Assembly (NCBI GenBank): GCA_040437565.1
Contig: JBDOQK010000005.1
Location: forward strand, 620,001 to 684,000
Reading direction: 5' to 3'
DNA: 64,000 nt
From: Albugo candida
Lineage: Eukaryota
Shown here: piece after piece, positions 25,901 through 40,068 of the stretch
Layout: each line of letters begins with the position of its first letter
How positions within the stretch are numbered: the first letter of the stretch is position 1
Notes under the pieces: generated by a model
What the model saw: only the letters and a program-made list of their open reading frames with translations
The model's database searches: none
Told to the model about the DNA's origin: nothing
Position numbers and translations under genes: made by a program

Positions 25901-28900
25901 CTTCGAAGCTTTGTCAGCAATCCCCTTTGCGCTCTTTTTGTTTTTACCATAGTCACGACAAAGTTTAACAATACCTTGCGTGGAAACGTCTTTAAGCAGA
26001 ATAAGTACCGCAACGTCTTGCTGATGTCCCTCCCACCATACCATTTGAAATAGATCTACTGATATATTCCACTGAATTGCACACGAAGAAATCAAAGTAT
26101 TTTGTTTAGTTGACTGCATGCTGACTTCAGTGAATTCATGTGCATCTTCCTTTGAGTCACCGGCAAAAAAATAGTTTAAGAGCGGATACACCTGATCCCA
26201 GTTCGCACCAAGGAATGCTCTAGTATTATAGGGAACCTTAAAGGAAGTATTGGGTTTGGTAAACTCGCTCTCTCCTATTCCAAAACCATCCGACTCTGGT
26301 AACGATCTGTGCTTGATTGTAAACTGAATCGTCGAAATTATTTGAAGCTGTTGTTCTTCATTGGTATTTGCATCAAATTGGGTAGGTTTCCACAGAACAC
26401 CGACACTTAACACTGTCCTTGGGAGGTACAGAAGTTGGAAATCGTCTCGAGTATCAATCCTACCTGAACTGAAGGCTGCACTGTACTCATGGCACGAAGT
26501 TGATGCTTCTGTTAGCAGGACGTCAAGACTATCCATACTGATCGAGAAGCACTCCAACTGAAGGCACGTAAACTGAGATTGAGATAACTTTATCCATAGA
26601 ATTCGATCGTGAACTACATTTGTAGGATCATTTAGGATTGGGTAAGGAATTGTAAGAAGTAGTGCTGTGCACGCCAAATTTATATTTCCAAAAATTCGAC
26701 TCATCCACATAGGCACTCCAGAACTTTTCTCCTCTACATCTTGTTGCTTGGTGCTGATAGAACCTTGTATAATTTTGATCGTCTTTGACAGTTGTGAAAA
26801 TCTCATACGCTGAGCAAAATGCACTGAGCACGTGTCAAAATGTATAGAGGTGTCAAAAAACGTTTGTCTGGGGAGTAACGACGTCAGGACTTCTGGTGCA
26901 TTTTCTGTCGTCCACTTGATATCACTGAAAGAGAACCGAACATTTCCGTCACCAATCAACAAAAACGGAGCTGCCAGGCTGGATCTATAGCTCGCTGTCC
27001 ATGATTCTTGCTCCAGGGTCATCGCAAGAGACTTTGCCGTCAGTATTCCGTCCAAACGATCGATCGAGCTAAAATTCGACATTAAAAAGCTTTCCTCCTG
27101 CGCTTCGAGTTTTTTCTTTCGTGTAAGGCTCAGCATTTTCCTCATCCATTCTGTCATTTGACGCCCTTTGTATGCCACACACCGCATCTGGAGATCCTCC
27201 AGACCGATCGAGCTTACTACTTGAATTTGATTAGCACAGTTGCGATCGAGTAAATCCACGCATAATGATTCAAATTGTAGATGTATCTGTACTGAAGTAT
27301 CTCGAGAAAGGTCTTGAAGCGTTCCAGTATTTAAATATTGTTTCACATCATGATTGAACATATAATCCATCCGTATGAACATGAGAGGTAATTTAACCTC
27401 TTCACGAACATTGATGTGTATTTTTGCGACAATTAAACTCACGTTAGGAGAAACATGAACACTGCGACAATCCTTTAATTCCGTACGGTTCAGTTGAAGC
27501 TTTTCGATAGTTGTCACCTTGAACGTATCATCCCAGTTTATTTCAAAAGTGTCAGTTGAAACGTTTTGGATTTGCGTTGCCGAATCTTTCTTAGTCTTGA
27601 ACTCAAGATGGTGAGCTTTAAATAACACTGAATTGGCCACACACTCCATATCCACAAACTCAAAACTCAACATATTCGCTTCAATCATAAGCTGCTGGGT
27701 TTCTTCCATTCGAGTCGTACTCAAACTTTCGTGCGATTGACTTTGAAAGTACAAAGAACATATGCGGTGTAGAAGTCTCTTGATGGTTGCAATTTCCTGC
27801 AACGTTCTTTCAAAATCCCGGCAATTTAGTTTAATTTGCGCTGAATGAGAGTGTAAGCTGATTTGCAAAGCTTTCTCGCCTGCCTTATCCTCTTGTTCTC
27901 TAACGTTCGTCTCATGGATAAAGCTAATTTTGCTAAACTCGACGAAAGGTGAGATGCTTGCTTCTGAAGAATAATTTGACTTTCTGCAGAGAAAGCATGA
28001 ACTTGCCTCCAAACTTACACGTCGTAAGATATGCGATATCTCGGTGCACATTGCCAAGCCAGAGCCAATCTCATGTCCGTGCACATGTATACTTTGCAAG
28101 CACTGATGATTGTTTATTCTGATCATTTGGGTATCATATAGGACGATTGTATAGGATATCCATTCATCGAAACTCTTCGTTGTCACCTCAAGCTGAATAC
28201 GATAGAAATGAATAATCTGCTCTACATGTCGCTCGTCTTTCCTAAAACTGTTCCGTTTATTCGTGTGTATGTCTAGATCAAATGCGAATATCGTCAGCCC
28301 TTCAAAGTAAGTAGTGCGCTCATTTTCCTTGTGTTCATCCTTTCGTCCCGCCACTATCCGAACCTCGGCTGTGCATATCTTGCAATCAAGTTTCCAAGCG
28401 GTATTTGATAATTTAGGGGAGCACTTTTCAGCAATGGAAGGATCGGGATTAATCAATTCCACTTGCTTTTGGTACCATGTTGCTTGGAGCATGATACCGA
28501 TGCTGATGATGTCGTTAAAAAATGGTTCGATTATCATTGAGAATTTTTCTATGGTCCCATTGATTCCATTTGTACAACCCGAGCCAATGATCGCATGTAA
28601 CTACGTGTAGAATTCGGCTCAAAGGCTGTCTCGCGTGAAAAAGTGCAAAAAAATACTCACATGAGTCTTTTGCACCAACAAAATGTTGTGCGTCCCAGTT
28701 TTTGAAATGAAGTCGAGTCGTACCTCCTGAAGCTCATTCGTCATGCTTATGACATCTGTCTGCCCATGATTATGATCCACAGAAGGAGCTTTCATTAATT
28801 CGACTCTCTTTGCATCGAGCATAAGCTGCAATGCGTCATTATGATAGTCACCGTTTCTTGGGGTCGTAATTCGTTGCGTCGTAAATTTTCCAACAAAATT

Positions 28901-29963
28901 TACATCCAAAATCTCTAGAGAAGGTAATTTGGTCTCTATACCATCGTTTTTCTTCTCTTTATCGTTCCTGTGACTGATCCACTTGTATTTTTCTACTTGC
29001 AAAGCTTTCACAAATGTTTCTGTTATTTGTACAGTGCACTGCGAGCTTTTGGCATCGGAAGCCGCGAGTTGTACTCCTAGAATGCTGTGTGTTCCAATCA
29101 GCTGGATTCTCAATATGAGAGTAGAGCTGTCGAGAGAGAGAAAATCTACTTCTTCGTTTATACCAATCAGTTTTTCATTCACCCGTAATTCGGGCTTTGA
29201 AAGAAATCGTAACTTTAGACCTCGAAGATGGATCTGTAAATTTCCATTGTTCCGCTCGATAGAAATGTCGACAACACTCATACTGATCGACTCCCAAATA
29301 ACAACGACCGCAAAAGCGTCATTTCCTAGTTGAAAGTTTACTCGGCGGATGCAAACATCAACGTGGCGTGCCAGTGCGAATACATTCGGTGTCGAAGTAA
29401 TGTCTGCTAGAAGTAGTGAAGCAGCCTTTAGTGAGATGCATCAAACTCATGTTTGACCTACCCGTCTGATGCGGCTCACGAGGTGAGCTGCGTTCTTCGG
29501 TATCTGGTCCACCTTTTGCATATTTACTTTTCAGTTGTTGAAATCTCTGTAAAATTGCCAAGCTGAGCTGTCCGTTGATCCCATCGATTTCTATAAACAA
29601 TAGTTTGTTCGTTCCAAGAAACAAGAAAAATTCCTTGATCAGGATTCGAAAACGGACTCGCTCGATTGATATGCTCCCTTCGGAACCGATTCGAATATGC
29701 ACACAATCACATCGTAAACTGCGAAACGACACGACATCAATAGATACGGATATATCACCACTACCCCACTTCCTTCTCAGCCAACAACTCAGCAGATACG
29801 ATAGTGCAAATCGAAGTATGCGATACCGGCACAAAAAGAGGGTACTCGCGATAAGACATATAATGATCAATTGACGGCGCCATAGTGTTGCATCCTCAGA
29901 AATCGGCGTCCATTCATTAAGCGAGGAAAGCACACAATGCAGAAGGAGGCCAAACATGATCAT
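22964..29963 (-). CDS. Bridge-like lipid transfer protein BLTP2 / FMP27 / Hobbit / SABRE family
   Basis: N-terminal TM anchor, more than 2200 codons of beta-rich sequence over 3 exons, and an Apt1-like C-terminus (FKYVRIGNIRLCINCNG..LELDLPPYVC). Confidence 0.8.
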
Positions 29964-30063
29964 TCCAGCTATATCATTTGGATCTTGTGTGAGAAGAGCT
30001 CAAGTGGCAACCAGTGGGCGCGACAAAAAGTATATTTGGAATAAAACGACAAACGTCAAATCC

Positions 30064-32094
30064 TTATGATTTTTGGATTCGAATGAAAACTGAATTGTCC
30101 AACACAGCGGAGAGATCCGGAATTCTAGTCTCGTTCCTGGCGATTTTCTGCAGTGTAGCTAGAACTAAATTTTTCGATTTTGTGTCGTTCAATTTTGTGT
30201 ACAGCTTTGCCTGCGCGTTGCCCATCAGTTTTTGAGAGAAAGTTGGTAAGTGCAGAACACGTACGAGTGATTTCAATGCAGGCTTAAGCTCTGGCTGGAT
30301 CGAAGTGGAGGTCTGTAAATAAAATTCAGCTTTGTCGAAATCTCGCATTCTGATGTAACATTCTCCAAGTTGTGCAAAAATTCTAGCCCGAGCACTTGGC
30401 GAGCATTGTGGGTTTATTTTCAACATTTCTTGTAACCTTTATCCAGAGCATGAATACACCAAACAATCGAAGTATCTGATACAAGACCATACCATTCTAC
30501 TGCGGATCGACTTGATGAGTTTAATAACTCCTGATTTGAAAACTCTTCGAATGCGGTCAAGATAATAGATTTCACATGGTCCATCTCAGCTTCCGGAGCC
30601 AAATTCAGCGAAAGTTGAAATAGTTCCAAAACATCCTATTCCATATGCGTAAAAATATAAATTAGAAAACATTTCTGAACGCAACTGGTCGGACTCACTT
30701 TTTTATCGCACACACTGAATGCAGCGTGCCCTCTTTTCACAAAGTGCATCCAATCATGCGTGCTGGATGCCTGACATTGCTCATAATACTTTCGATCGTC
30801 CGTTAGACTATCGCTTCCTTTTCCTTTTACAAATGGGGAGAGTGCAAAAAAGCGTTCTTCTGGTGAGATCACTTGTAACTTTTCTTCCTGTATTGGTATT
30901 TTTTTCCAAATCAGCTTTTTGCAACCCGTGAGCTTGAGCGTTCCATCGTACAGTTGGAATATTTCCATCGGAATCGATACATCGTGCATGACGTCTATTG
31001 AATTATCTTTGATATCGAACAGCGGATACAGGCAATCTTGAACAAATACAGCATTATAAGTTGTCGTTGAAATCAATTCATATCCTATAAGGTAAAGCGA
31101 TCAGCTTGACAAAAGCTTCTTTCAGTGTATTTGAATGCTTTTACCTTTTCGTTTACCCAGTTCTATCAAGGCAGCTAGAGAGGAACCATGAGATATTCTA
31201 ATATCACGCTCCTGGACAAAAATAACATTATTGGGGATGGTGGGGTTGAATTCGATTATGATGACGAGTGGGTGATACTGCTTCAAGTCGTCCCAGATGT
31301 GATAGTCCGCTCCATCGATATCGATTGATATCATGTCAAATTGCATTGGAAGGGAAGGACAACATTCTTGGAGGATATATTCTAAGGAGTGCCTTCCTTC
31401 CAGTGTGATTAACATATTTAGACAGGTCACATTGGAGTGCTGAGCATATCGCTGCTTCATTTCGAGATAGCGATCATCATCTGCTTCAATGAGAACTCCA
31501 AACCAGCGCTCTGGCTGATTATGTAATAGATTATATGAATTGCTCAAATGCTTGCCATCCCAAGCACCAAATTCCACGCACCAACGGACTTGTTTGTAAT
31601 GCGTAGGATTCGCATCAAGTATCGCGAATATCTCTGCAATGACGCCATCTTCTCCACCTTGAGAAGTGATGTTATATCCTTTTTTTATCAGCCAGTCATT
31701 TTTTTTGCGTCGANNNNNNNNNNNNNNNNNNNNNNNNNNNNNNNNNNNNNNNNNNNNNNNNNNNNNNNNNNNNNNNNNNNNNNNNNNNNNNNNNNNNNNN
31801 NNNNNNNNNNNNNAGATAGCGATCATCATCTGCTTCAATGAGAACTCCAAACCAGCGCTCTGGCTGATTATGTAATAGATTATATGAATTGCTCAAATGC
31901 TTGCCATCCCAAGCACCAAATTCCACGCACCAACGGACTTGTTTGTAATGCGTAGGATTCGCATCAAGTATCGCGAATATCTCTGCAATGACGCCATCTT
32001 CTCCACCTTGAGAAGTGATGTTATATCCTTTTTTTATCAGCCAGTCATTTTTTTTGCGTCGAGGCGGTGCAACCCGTCGAAGGATTTCCGGCAT
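30064..32094 (-). CDS. FkbM-like SAM-dependent methyltransferase with C-terminal TPR, multi-exon
   Basis: Motifs SQGGEDGVIAEIF, CVEFGAWDG, ISIDIDGADYHIW and VIIIEFNP. TPR segment QLGECYIRMRDFDKAEFYLQ. Gap 31714-31813 with overlap. Confidence 0.8.
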
Positions 32095-32137
32095 GGAGTG
32101 ATAAAGCAACAAGAACGCAAAAGTGTTAGAGATCGGG

Positions 32138-33196
32138 TTAAAATGACTTTGCTAACACGAAAAGAAAAGTTATGTAAGTTTGTAATTTTTCTTTGATCAT
32201 CAGCGTCAATGCTGCAGACATGGCTCCCTACACAGCATTCTCGGAGGTCAATTTTCAGCACAATTACACAAAGGCTTCAACTTACACGCATGATCTCCGG
32301 GCCGAGACCTCGGTAGAGGCCAACGACCCCATCTTCTTGATACACTTGACGCAATGTATCTAGAGTGCTCTCTTCTTTATTTGATCGAATTTGGCTATCG
32401 TAGAGTTCATTTTCGACACTTCCAGGATCGTTCTTTTGTGTCTGCGCCAGTACTTTGGCTCGGATATATGGGAACAGGATGATTGCTGCAATGGAGCGCG
32501 CTATTGCACCCAGAAAAAAAGCCTAAAGGAGCGACAACATGAATTAACGTATGATAGAACTTTTCACAATGCAAAAACCTCTAATGCAGTAAGTGCAAAC
32601 ATATTCCGTTTGTATCGAGAAAGATAAAATACTTTCACCCGTTGGAATAAAGTGTACTGGATAGCAGGCTGAAGTCCGAGGATCAAATAAGCTCGTAGGC
32701 CTTTGTAAAATCCACTGACGCCACTTTCCGACGCAATTTGACTAACGATATCAGCAACACTGGGAGAATTCTCGCTGCTCGTTTGCAATCTCGTCGCAAT
32801 TACTTCCATTGGAATAGTAAGTGGTCGATGTGATATCTCTGAGAGATACCCAAGGAACAAATCCATTCCAGTGCTCATCGAATTAGTACCATTTGCAGAC
32901 GACGCTTGTGACAAGAATGTATACGCGTAGAAATACAAAAACTTGGAAACTGTTGCTTCTGCGGCTTTGTATTGAATGCCACGATATAAAGACATGATAG
33001 CTCCCTCACTGTCAATTTTACTCACGGCTTTGCTTTGACCTTCTTCGACCTCTTCATGATTTGCAAATGCTTTGTTTTTCGATTGTATGCGAGTCTTTAA
33101 TGTATCAAGCGGATAGAGAATAGTAGTAGAAAGGAACCCACCCAGGCCAGCGGCGCATGCCTGAGCTAAAACATCGGAGGAATCAACAGGTGCCAT
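32138..33196 (-). CDS. Mitochondrial-carrier-family protein, peroxisomal adenine nucleotide carrier (ANT1/PNC-like), 3 exons
   Basis: Three carrier signatures (PLDTLKTRIQ, PMEVIATRLQ, PYIRAKV). Last exon GAMSAALTLMIKEKL...AKSF*. Confidence 0.9.
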
Positions 33197-33243
33197 GATC
33201 TCACAAAAAAGATGATTTTTTGGGATGCTTTCTGTCGTTTAGG

Positions 33244-33483
33244 GTGATGGTGACACAATACTTTGGGATTATCACACGTTTTTGTCAAGCGGACNNNNNN
33301 NNNNNNNNNNNNNNNNNNNNNNNNNNNNNNNNNNNNNNNNNNNNNNNNNNNNNNNNNNNNNNNNNNNNNNNNNNNNNNNNNNNNNNNNNNNNNNGGATTA
33401 TCACACGTTTTTGTCAAGCGGACCGAGCCGCCTGACTATTTTACTAGAATTTCTTGTGCTAAAGTACTCTGATGCGCCATCAC
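33244..33483. other. Imperfect intergenic inverted repeat or structured element (about 110 nt once the gap overlap is removed)
   Basis: Stems GTGATGGTG/CGCCATCAC, TACTTTGG/CTAAAGTA and CACA/TGTG, plus inner hairpin GTCAAGCGG-ACCGAG-CCGCCTGAC. Confidence 0.5.
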
Positions 33484-33675
33484 GATACAGTCAATCTCGT
33501 GAAATGTCAAACAGCGTTAAATCTCATTCTTCCAATACCTCCGTATTTCGTCGTCTAGATTTCCTTCTGCCATTTCATCTTAATATTTCTCGACTATAAA
33601 ACTAGATGTTATGATGCAGGAAATCAGTATTTTTGCAATATCTATGCCGAAAGCAATATGATACGGTGACATGAT

Positions 33676-34762
33676 CTAAGGTGGTGCACCCATATTCACT
33701 TCTCCGTTGAAGATAGCAGCCGCTTTTACGAAACGATCTGACTGTTGTGCTTGCAAGTTCACCATTTTGCTTAGAAATAGCGGCTCTTGTTGATATTTCA
33801 TCATGGCTGCCTGTAAAACTTCTTGCGTCAATCCATGTTTCGCATGAATTTCTTTTGAGAGCACATCTGCTCGCCGAATGTACCTGGATTTGATGAGTTG
33901 AGTATACCACAGTCGAATATGAATATCATGTGACTCATACCTTTGATTGATTTCTTCTTCTTTATTGTCTGGATTGAGCGCGCTCACTTCCACACAAACC
34001 TCCTCCATCGCAACATTCAAGGATTCCATGGATTCTTCCATGATAGAGATAAACTAGTCATGAAAGCCAGTCAGTTTCGAAAAAGAGGATGCGTATCGTT
34101 TAAGAATAATCAAGTCACCTTATCCAACGTAAGATGAGAAGGGACCTCAGCTTCCGTCATGGCCGCACCCGTCATGACGCGATACAAATCTTGTAGTTTC
34201 GCAACTGCTTCTAGCACCTCTTTATCTCCTTCCTCCTCATAGTATTCTGTCGCGGTCCGAACTTCTCCCTCGGTCGTCTGGTTCTTCTCATACAGTTGTT
34301 TCTCAATAACTTTCATCGCCTCTTCGAATTGACCCAACAAATACGACGCGAGCTGATCTTCGGGTAATAAACGCCCGCTCTGTGATGATTCTTGTCGAAT
34401 ATTGGCCTCGAGCTTTGCTAGTTGCATCTAGGACAGGGTAAGTCAGAGTCATTAAAAATAGATTTTTTTCTTGATAAATTTGTGTCGGGTACCACTACTT
34501 GACCCATTTGAGCGGTAATTGAATCCAGGATGTTCAAAAGCTGTTCTTTATGTAGGCTGGGAAGTACGATGACTTTTTCAGCCTTTTTTGCTTGCGTTAT
34601 TTCCTTTTGATGATTCTATCATGGTCACATGTGAGATGGGAAAGAATTATACTGTTTAAGAGTGCGAAGGACCTGCTTGTTTTTCATTCGTTCTCGTTGT
34701 ACTATGTAAATAATAGCTGCAACTGCCGATGCGGCAGCACCAATAATTATTCCTCTGACCAT
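33676..34762 (-). CDS. Hypothetical helical protein with N-terminal TM anchor, multi-exon
   Basis: Start MVRGIIIGAAASAVAAIIYIV, then exons near 34427-34110 and 34041-33676 with GT-AG junctions. Confidence 0.7.
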
Positions 34763-34945
34763 GAATTCTTTTGTGTGATCAATCAATTGGGACGCCTGAG
34801 AGATGTTGCAGTTAGACGCGAGCAATAATGACTTTATAGCCACCCACAATCGATACGATCTGGCAAGATGTTCTTTGATGTTGACGGTAGAGCCAAGGTT
34901 GCTCGAAGGTATTTCAAATTTTGTGGGAGGAAGACCAGCTGCAAG

Positions 34946-37900
34946 ATGATCACGTCTTCCTTCATTGCTCAGCGGACGCAAATCGGCTCTGTAGCTCGTA
35001 TTCGGAAAAAATCTCTATTTTCTACGCTCCAAAAGTACAAGGTAGATTGCAAAATCCTCAATGTCGTTTGTGCGGAATTCCGTGATTGTGTGTTGGTCCT
35101 GATAGCTCGAGAATAGCTTTTGGCTAAAGCAAGTTGGGAACAAGAGAAAAAGTATTGTGGATAGCAAGGATAGGCATCGTTCTTTCTTCGATCTGAGTAA
35201 TAGTGAACATCGTTTCATGCCTATTTAATTGTTACATTACTGATTGTCGCTGCAGCAGTATCAAGGACTAGAATGCCCGATCGAAATCCATATCGTTGGC
35301 TGATCGAGCGAATCCCTTCTGGTAAGAAGCAAAAAATCATAATATAGTCTAGTAACTCACTCTATATCCAGGTTTTGGGCGTTTTATTCCGAAACAAAAC
35401 GGCAAGCGAGCAGTGAAAGATACTGCGAAGGAAAATTCGAAAAATGGAAGTTCTTCAAAAGGGCAAGCCAAACCAGAAAATAACGGAAGCAATAAAAATG
35501 ACCCAAAGAAAAGCGCCAATAAAAACGATGGAAATGGTCCCAAACAGGGACTGGCTTATTTGATCCCATTGGCAGTTGTTGGTCTCTTACTATCTGACCT
35601 GAGTAATTTCGACAAACCGACACAAGAAATCACGTACCAAGAGTTCCGCAGTTCTTTGTTAGAGACTGGCAGTGTTGAAAAGCTTGTTGTCGTCAATAAC
35701 AAGTACGTCGTAGTGTATCTCCATCCTTCATCGTCGGAGGTAGCTATAAAAGATGGTACCAAGTCACGAGCGGACAATTACGGTGGAGCACATCGTGATG
35801 AAGACCGGACATGGAATAATCGACTCGAATTTGGCCGCGATTTCGCCCACCAATCTGATGATGGACAATACCAAAGAGGATCACCATCATTGTCTTCGGC
35901 TGATAGAGACGGTTCCATCAATCATAAATTAAAAGCTCATCATCAATACTACTTCAATATCGGAAGCGTGGAAAGTTTCGAGCGACAACTAGAGCAGGCA
36001 CAACGTGAAATAGGAATTGCGCCACTTGATTTTATTCCTGTTCAGTATACAAGTGAAGTGAACTTCCTGTTGGAAATTTTCAAATTCGTACCAACAATTG
36101 TTTTGGTTGGTTTATTACTAATGTCCATGCGCGGTCTCGGAGGAGGTGCTCCAGGAGGAGGGGGTGGGATCGGAAATATCTTTCGTGTTGGAAAATCCCC
36201 AGCAAAGAAGATCGTGAAGGAAGACATCAAGATCTCATTCAAAGATGTCGCCGGAGTCGATGAAGCTAAAAAAGAGATCATGGAATTTGTAGATTTTCTG
36301 AAGAATCAAACGCGTTTCACGAAACTTGGTGCAAAAATTCCAAAAGGAGCATTACTTGTTGGTCCACCAGGAACCGGAAAAACGCTTCTGGCGAAGGCTA
36401 CTGCAGGAGAGGCCAGCGTTCCGTTTTACAGTATCTCCGGTTCCGATTTTATTGAGATGTTTGTGGGGGTGGGTCCATCACGTGTGCGAGACTTGTTTCG
36501 AGAAGCTCGAGCAAACGCGCCCTGCATTGTCTTCATCGACGAGATCGATGCTGTTGCTCGCACAAGAAGCAAGGGCCAGTTCTCAGGTGGAAATGATGAA
36601 AGAGAAAACACTCTTAATCAGCTACTGGTTGAAATGGACGGATTCAATTCCACTGAAGGAGTTGTCGTTCTAGCGGGTACCAATCGCGCTGATATTTTGG
36701 ATAAAGCGATTTTGNNNNNNNNNNNNNNNNNNNNNNNNNNNNNNNNNNNNNNNNNNNNNNNNNNNNNNNNNNNNNNNNNNNNNNNNNNNNNNNNNNNNNN
36801 NNNNNNNNNNNNNNTCCACTGAAGGAGTTGTCGTTCTAGCGGGTACCAATCGCGCTGATATTTTGGATAAAGCGATTTTGCGTCCTGGACGCTTTGATCG
36901 TCAAATTACGGTCGAGAAACCTGACATCAAAGGACGGCGTGCGATTTTCAAAGTTCACTTAAAAAATCTGGAACTAGACAGCAATATTGATGATTTCGCT
37001 CGTCGGCTTGCGGCTCTGACACCCGGTTTTGCTGGAGCAGAAATCGCAAATATATGTAATGAGGCTGCAATTGTCGCTGCACGACGAAACGCTACTACCA
37101 TCACGTTTTCGGATTTTGAAAAAGCCACTGATCGGGTCATCGGTGGACTTGAAACAAATCGGATAATGACACCCGAGGAGAAGAAAATTGTTGCATACCA
37201 TGAAGCAGGACACGCCGTTGCTGGATGGTTTTTAGAACATGCGGATCCGTTACTGAAGGTCACCATTGTTCCTCGTGGTAAAGGGTCTCTTGGATATGCT
37301 CAATACCTCCCAAAAGAGATCTCCCTGCATAGCAAGGACGCAATGCTTGACATTATGTGCATGGCTCTTGGCGGTCGTGCCTCAGAGTTTGTCAATTTCG
37401 AAGGTCGTATTACCACTGGTGCATCCGACGACCTGAGGCGAGTCACTCAGATTGCATATTCTATGGTACAACTATACGGTATGAATGATCGAATTGGACA
37501 ACTTTCTTTTCCAAAAGACGACAGCAGCCTGGTGGCCGAGAAACCTTATAGTGAAAGGACAGCCGATATTATGGATCAAGAAGCACTCAAGATCGTGAAT
37601 GCCGCATACGAACGGACCAAGACAATTTTGTTGGACAAAAAAGAACTGTTGAAGGAACTAGCCGAAGAATTACTCAAGAATGAGACCATCAATCACTCCG
37701 ACATTGTACGCGTCTTGGGTCCTCGTCCATTTGGCAACAACAGGACCTACACAGAATATGTAGAAGAATCCTGGCGACAGGCTGATCAACATCAGCTTGA
37801 AAAAAAGAAGAAAGAAGAAGAGGAAAAACGTGTTGAGGCTGCTAATGCAACTGAAACTGAGCAATTAAGTGGCTCAGACAAGCTCGATGAGACAGATGAG

Positions 37901-37966
37901 GAGGCAGTAGCCAAAGAGCACAAGGATCTGAAAGAAGATGGAGCAGAAGAGGGAAAATCGCGATGA
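34946..37966 (+). CDS. AFG3: Mitochondrial m-AAA protease AFG3/AFG3L2 (FtsH family)
   Basis: Walker A GPPGTGKT, pore loop FVGVG, Walker [19 protein letters not shown], zinc motif HEAGH and TTGASDDL. 5' exons approximate. Gap 36715-36814 with overlap. Confidence 0.95.
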
Positions 37967-38317
37967 TCCTCGAACATTCCTCGTCAAGCGGACTGAGTCA
38001 AGTGTTTAGCAGATCGAGACAGAAATAAACGCGAGTAAGGAGTGAAAACATCGTTACTCAAAATCCTATCTAGAAATAAAGCAAGCTGGTGACTGTAATT
38101 GAGTGTTACTTCGACTATGATGGTCACGGTTGCAATGCAACGAGTAGACTAAGTATCGCCGCTGCATTTACGGAATCTTGAACATTAGCGGACCGTTTTG
38201 AAAGATTTGAGAGCGTTGTAGAAGCGATTATCACATTGTCTATTGTACTGTACACAGCACGTTGTTGAGCTTATGATCCAGATATGCTCAACGCACGTAA
38301 GTTGGCAACATGGACCT

Positions 38318-39194
38318 TTAGGACTCGAGCACAGAATATCGAAGGTATATCACACCGACTGCTTCGATCGATATAGCGTGGGAGTTGCTTTGGTTGCCAT
38401 TCATACATTCAAGAAGTTCTTCCTGATGTTTTCGACTCGTCGGCAAGTAAGCTAACCTGCTTAGCGTATTCCGAACGGAATGTGATGATAAACGCATGAT
38501 AGGACCATAAACGACTTGATCTGTAGCGATGAATAGCGGGATTGAAGCATGACCACCTACATAGAAGCAAGAAGTGACAACCAGTGCCCGTTTAATCAGA
38601 CTATCATGCAAAAGACGCACAGAATGAGTGAAGACCGAATTTATTCACACTCCAAGCCTGCCCTGAAGTATCAGTCACACGTACATATTTCTTATGTACT
38701 AAAAGAAGTACCTCAAGCTCAAACGTTGGCCACTTTGTTAGTTCTTCATCCTCTTGGCAAATAAGCTGGAGATCGATCGGATGTCCCCAAACAGCATCAA
38801 GTAAGATCCTCGAGGTAGTGTCGTCGATGCTGTACGGATCCGAATTATCCGAGACTGAGCACTCGCAGCTTTCGTGCCTTGCAAGTTGACTTCGACCATA
38901 TCCATACGCAACATGAGTCTGACCCGATATTTCTCCTTGTAGCACTTTCCACGAGCCTTCTGATTGTCCTGAACTTCCAAGAGATTCCGTATCTACAATC
39001 GACCGTTCTTGTACCGGCATCGTGTTTGCATCAGCAAAATGTACGCGCCATTTGCAATAATGCCCTTCGTCCGAGGATAGATTCAAGGCTAATATGCTAC
39101 TCCAGAACTTAAAGGATAGAAAAGAAGATCGAGATGAGCTTGAGAGCCCAGATGCACCTACAATCTCACCGACAACATTTATAGATCTAGCCAT
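38318..39194 (-). CDS. B9D2: B9/C2-domain ciliary transition-zone protein (B9D2-like)
   Basis: Motifs VVGEIVGASG, YCKW, WKVLQGEISGQT, VWGHPID and WPTFELE/WSV, with spliced 3' exons. Confidence 0.8.
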
Positions 39195-39661
39195 TATGTA
39201 TCTCGCTGATTTAAATATAAATCGACTTGACTGATTGCACATTTAAAACATCGTTTATAGAGTCATCTTGTGCGTGCAAAAGCCGAATAGGATTTTGTCT
39301 GCTCGATATGGGTATTCTCACTTTTAGATGCAGTCATAGCATACTGAGTGCCGTGGTATTAGTGAATATAGAGGGACACATAGCATGATGATATTGGTCT
39401 TTGGTAGATATGAATGTTATCACTTCTCCGGGGTGAGACCATATCTGGCTCAATTTTCATGCACACTTCGTAAGCAGTCAAGGCATTTTAGTCAAACTCG
39501 CTGATAATTGTGAGGAAGATCTGTCAGATTGGAACTCGATCATGAGTCAAGTTGGATAAAAGCTCTTTGACAAGCTAACATGCACTTCTAAGATACAAAA
39601 GCGGCCTTTTGCGACAAGACTAATTGACACGATGGTGAAAATTAGCTGAATAGTATCTGTG

Positions 39662-39912
39662 TTTCAATATAAAGAAGCCAGCATTCACTGCTACTGCTAC
39701 TGGACATTCAGTACGCTTTATTCATCTGTGACACAACCCTCCGAAGCTGACTTGACGTTTTTGATATACTTAAACAGAGTGCCTCGAGTAGCCTTTAATG
39801 GAGGAGGACTCCATGCTCGTTTTCGAGCTTCCAATTCATCTGCTGTCACATTAACGAAATCGATACGATTCTGTATTGCATCAACTTTGATCTCGTCTCC
39901 ATTTCTCACCAA
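39662..39912. repeat. Duplicate of the ILV3 3' end (= 40013-40263) across a gap
   Basis: Same sequence at offset 351 flanking gap 39913-40012. Confidence 0.9.
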
Positions 39913-40068
39913 NNNNNNNNNNNNNNNNNNNNNNNNNNNNNNNNNNNNNNNNNNNNNNNNNNNNNNNNNNNNNNNNNNNNNNNNNNNNNNNNNNNNNNNN
40001 NNNNNNNNNNNNTTTCAATATAAAGAAGCCAGCATTCACTGCTACTGCTACTGGACATTCAGTACGCT

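Noticed and set aside
5087-39194. Ciliary gene cluster (IFT139, SFI1, kinesin-like, B9D2)
   Set aside because: The genes are interspersed with unrelated ones; only the IFT139/SFI1 adjacency stands out, and chance is sufficient.
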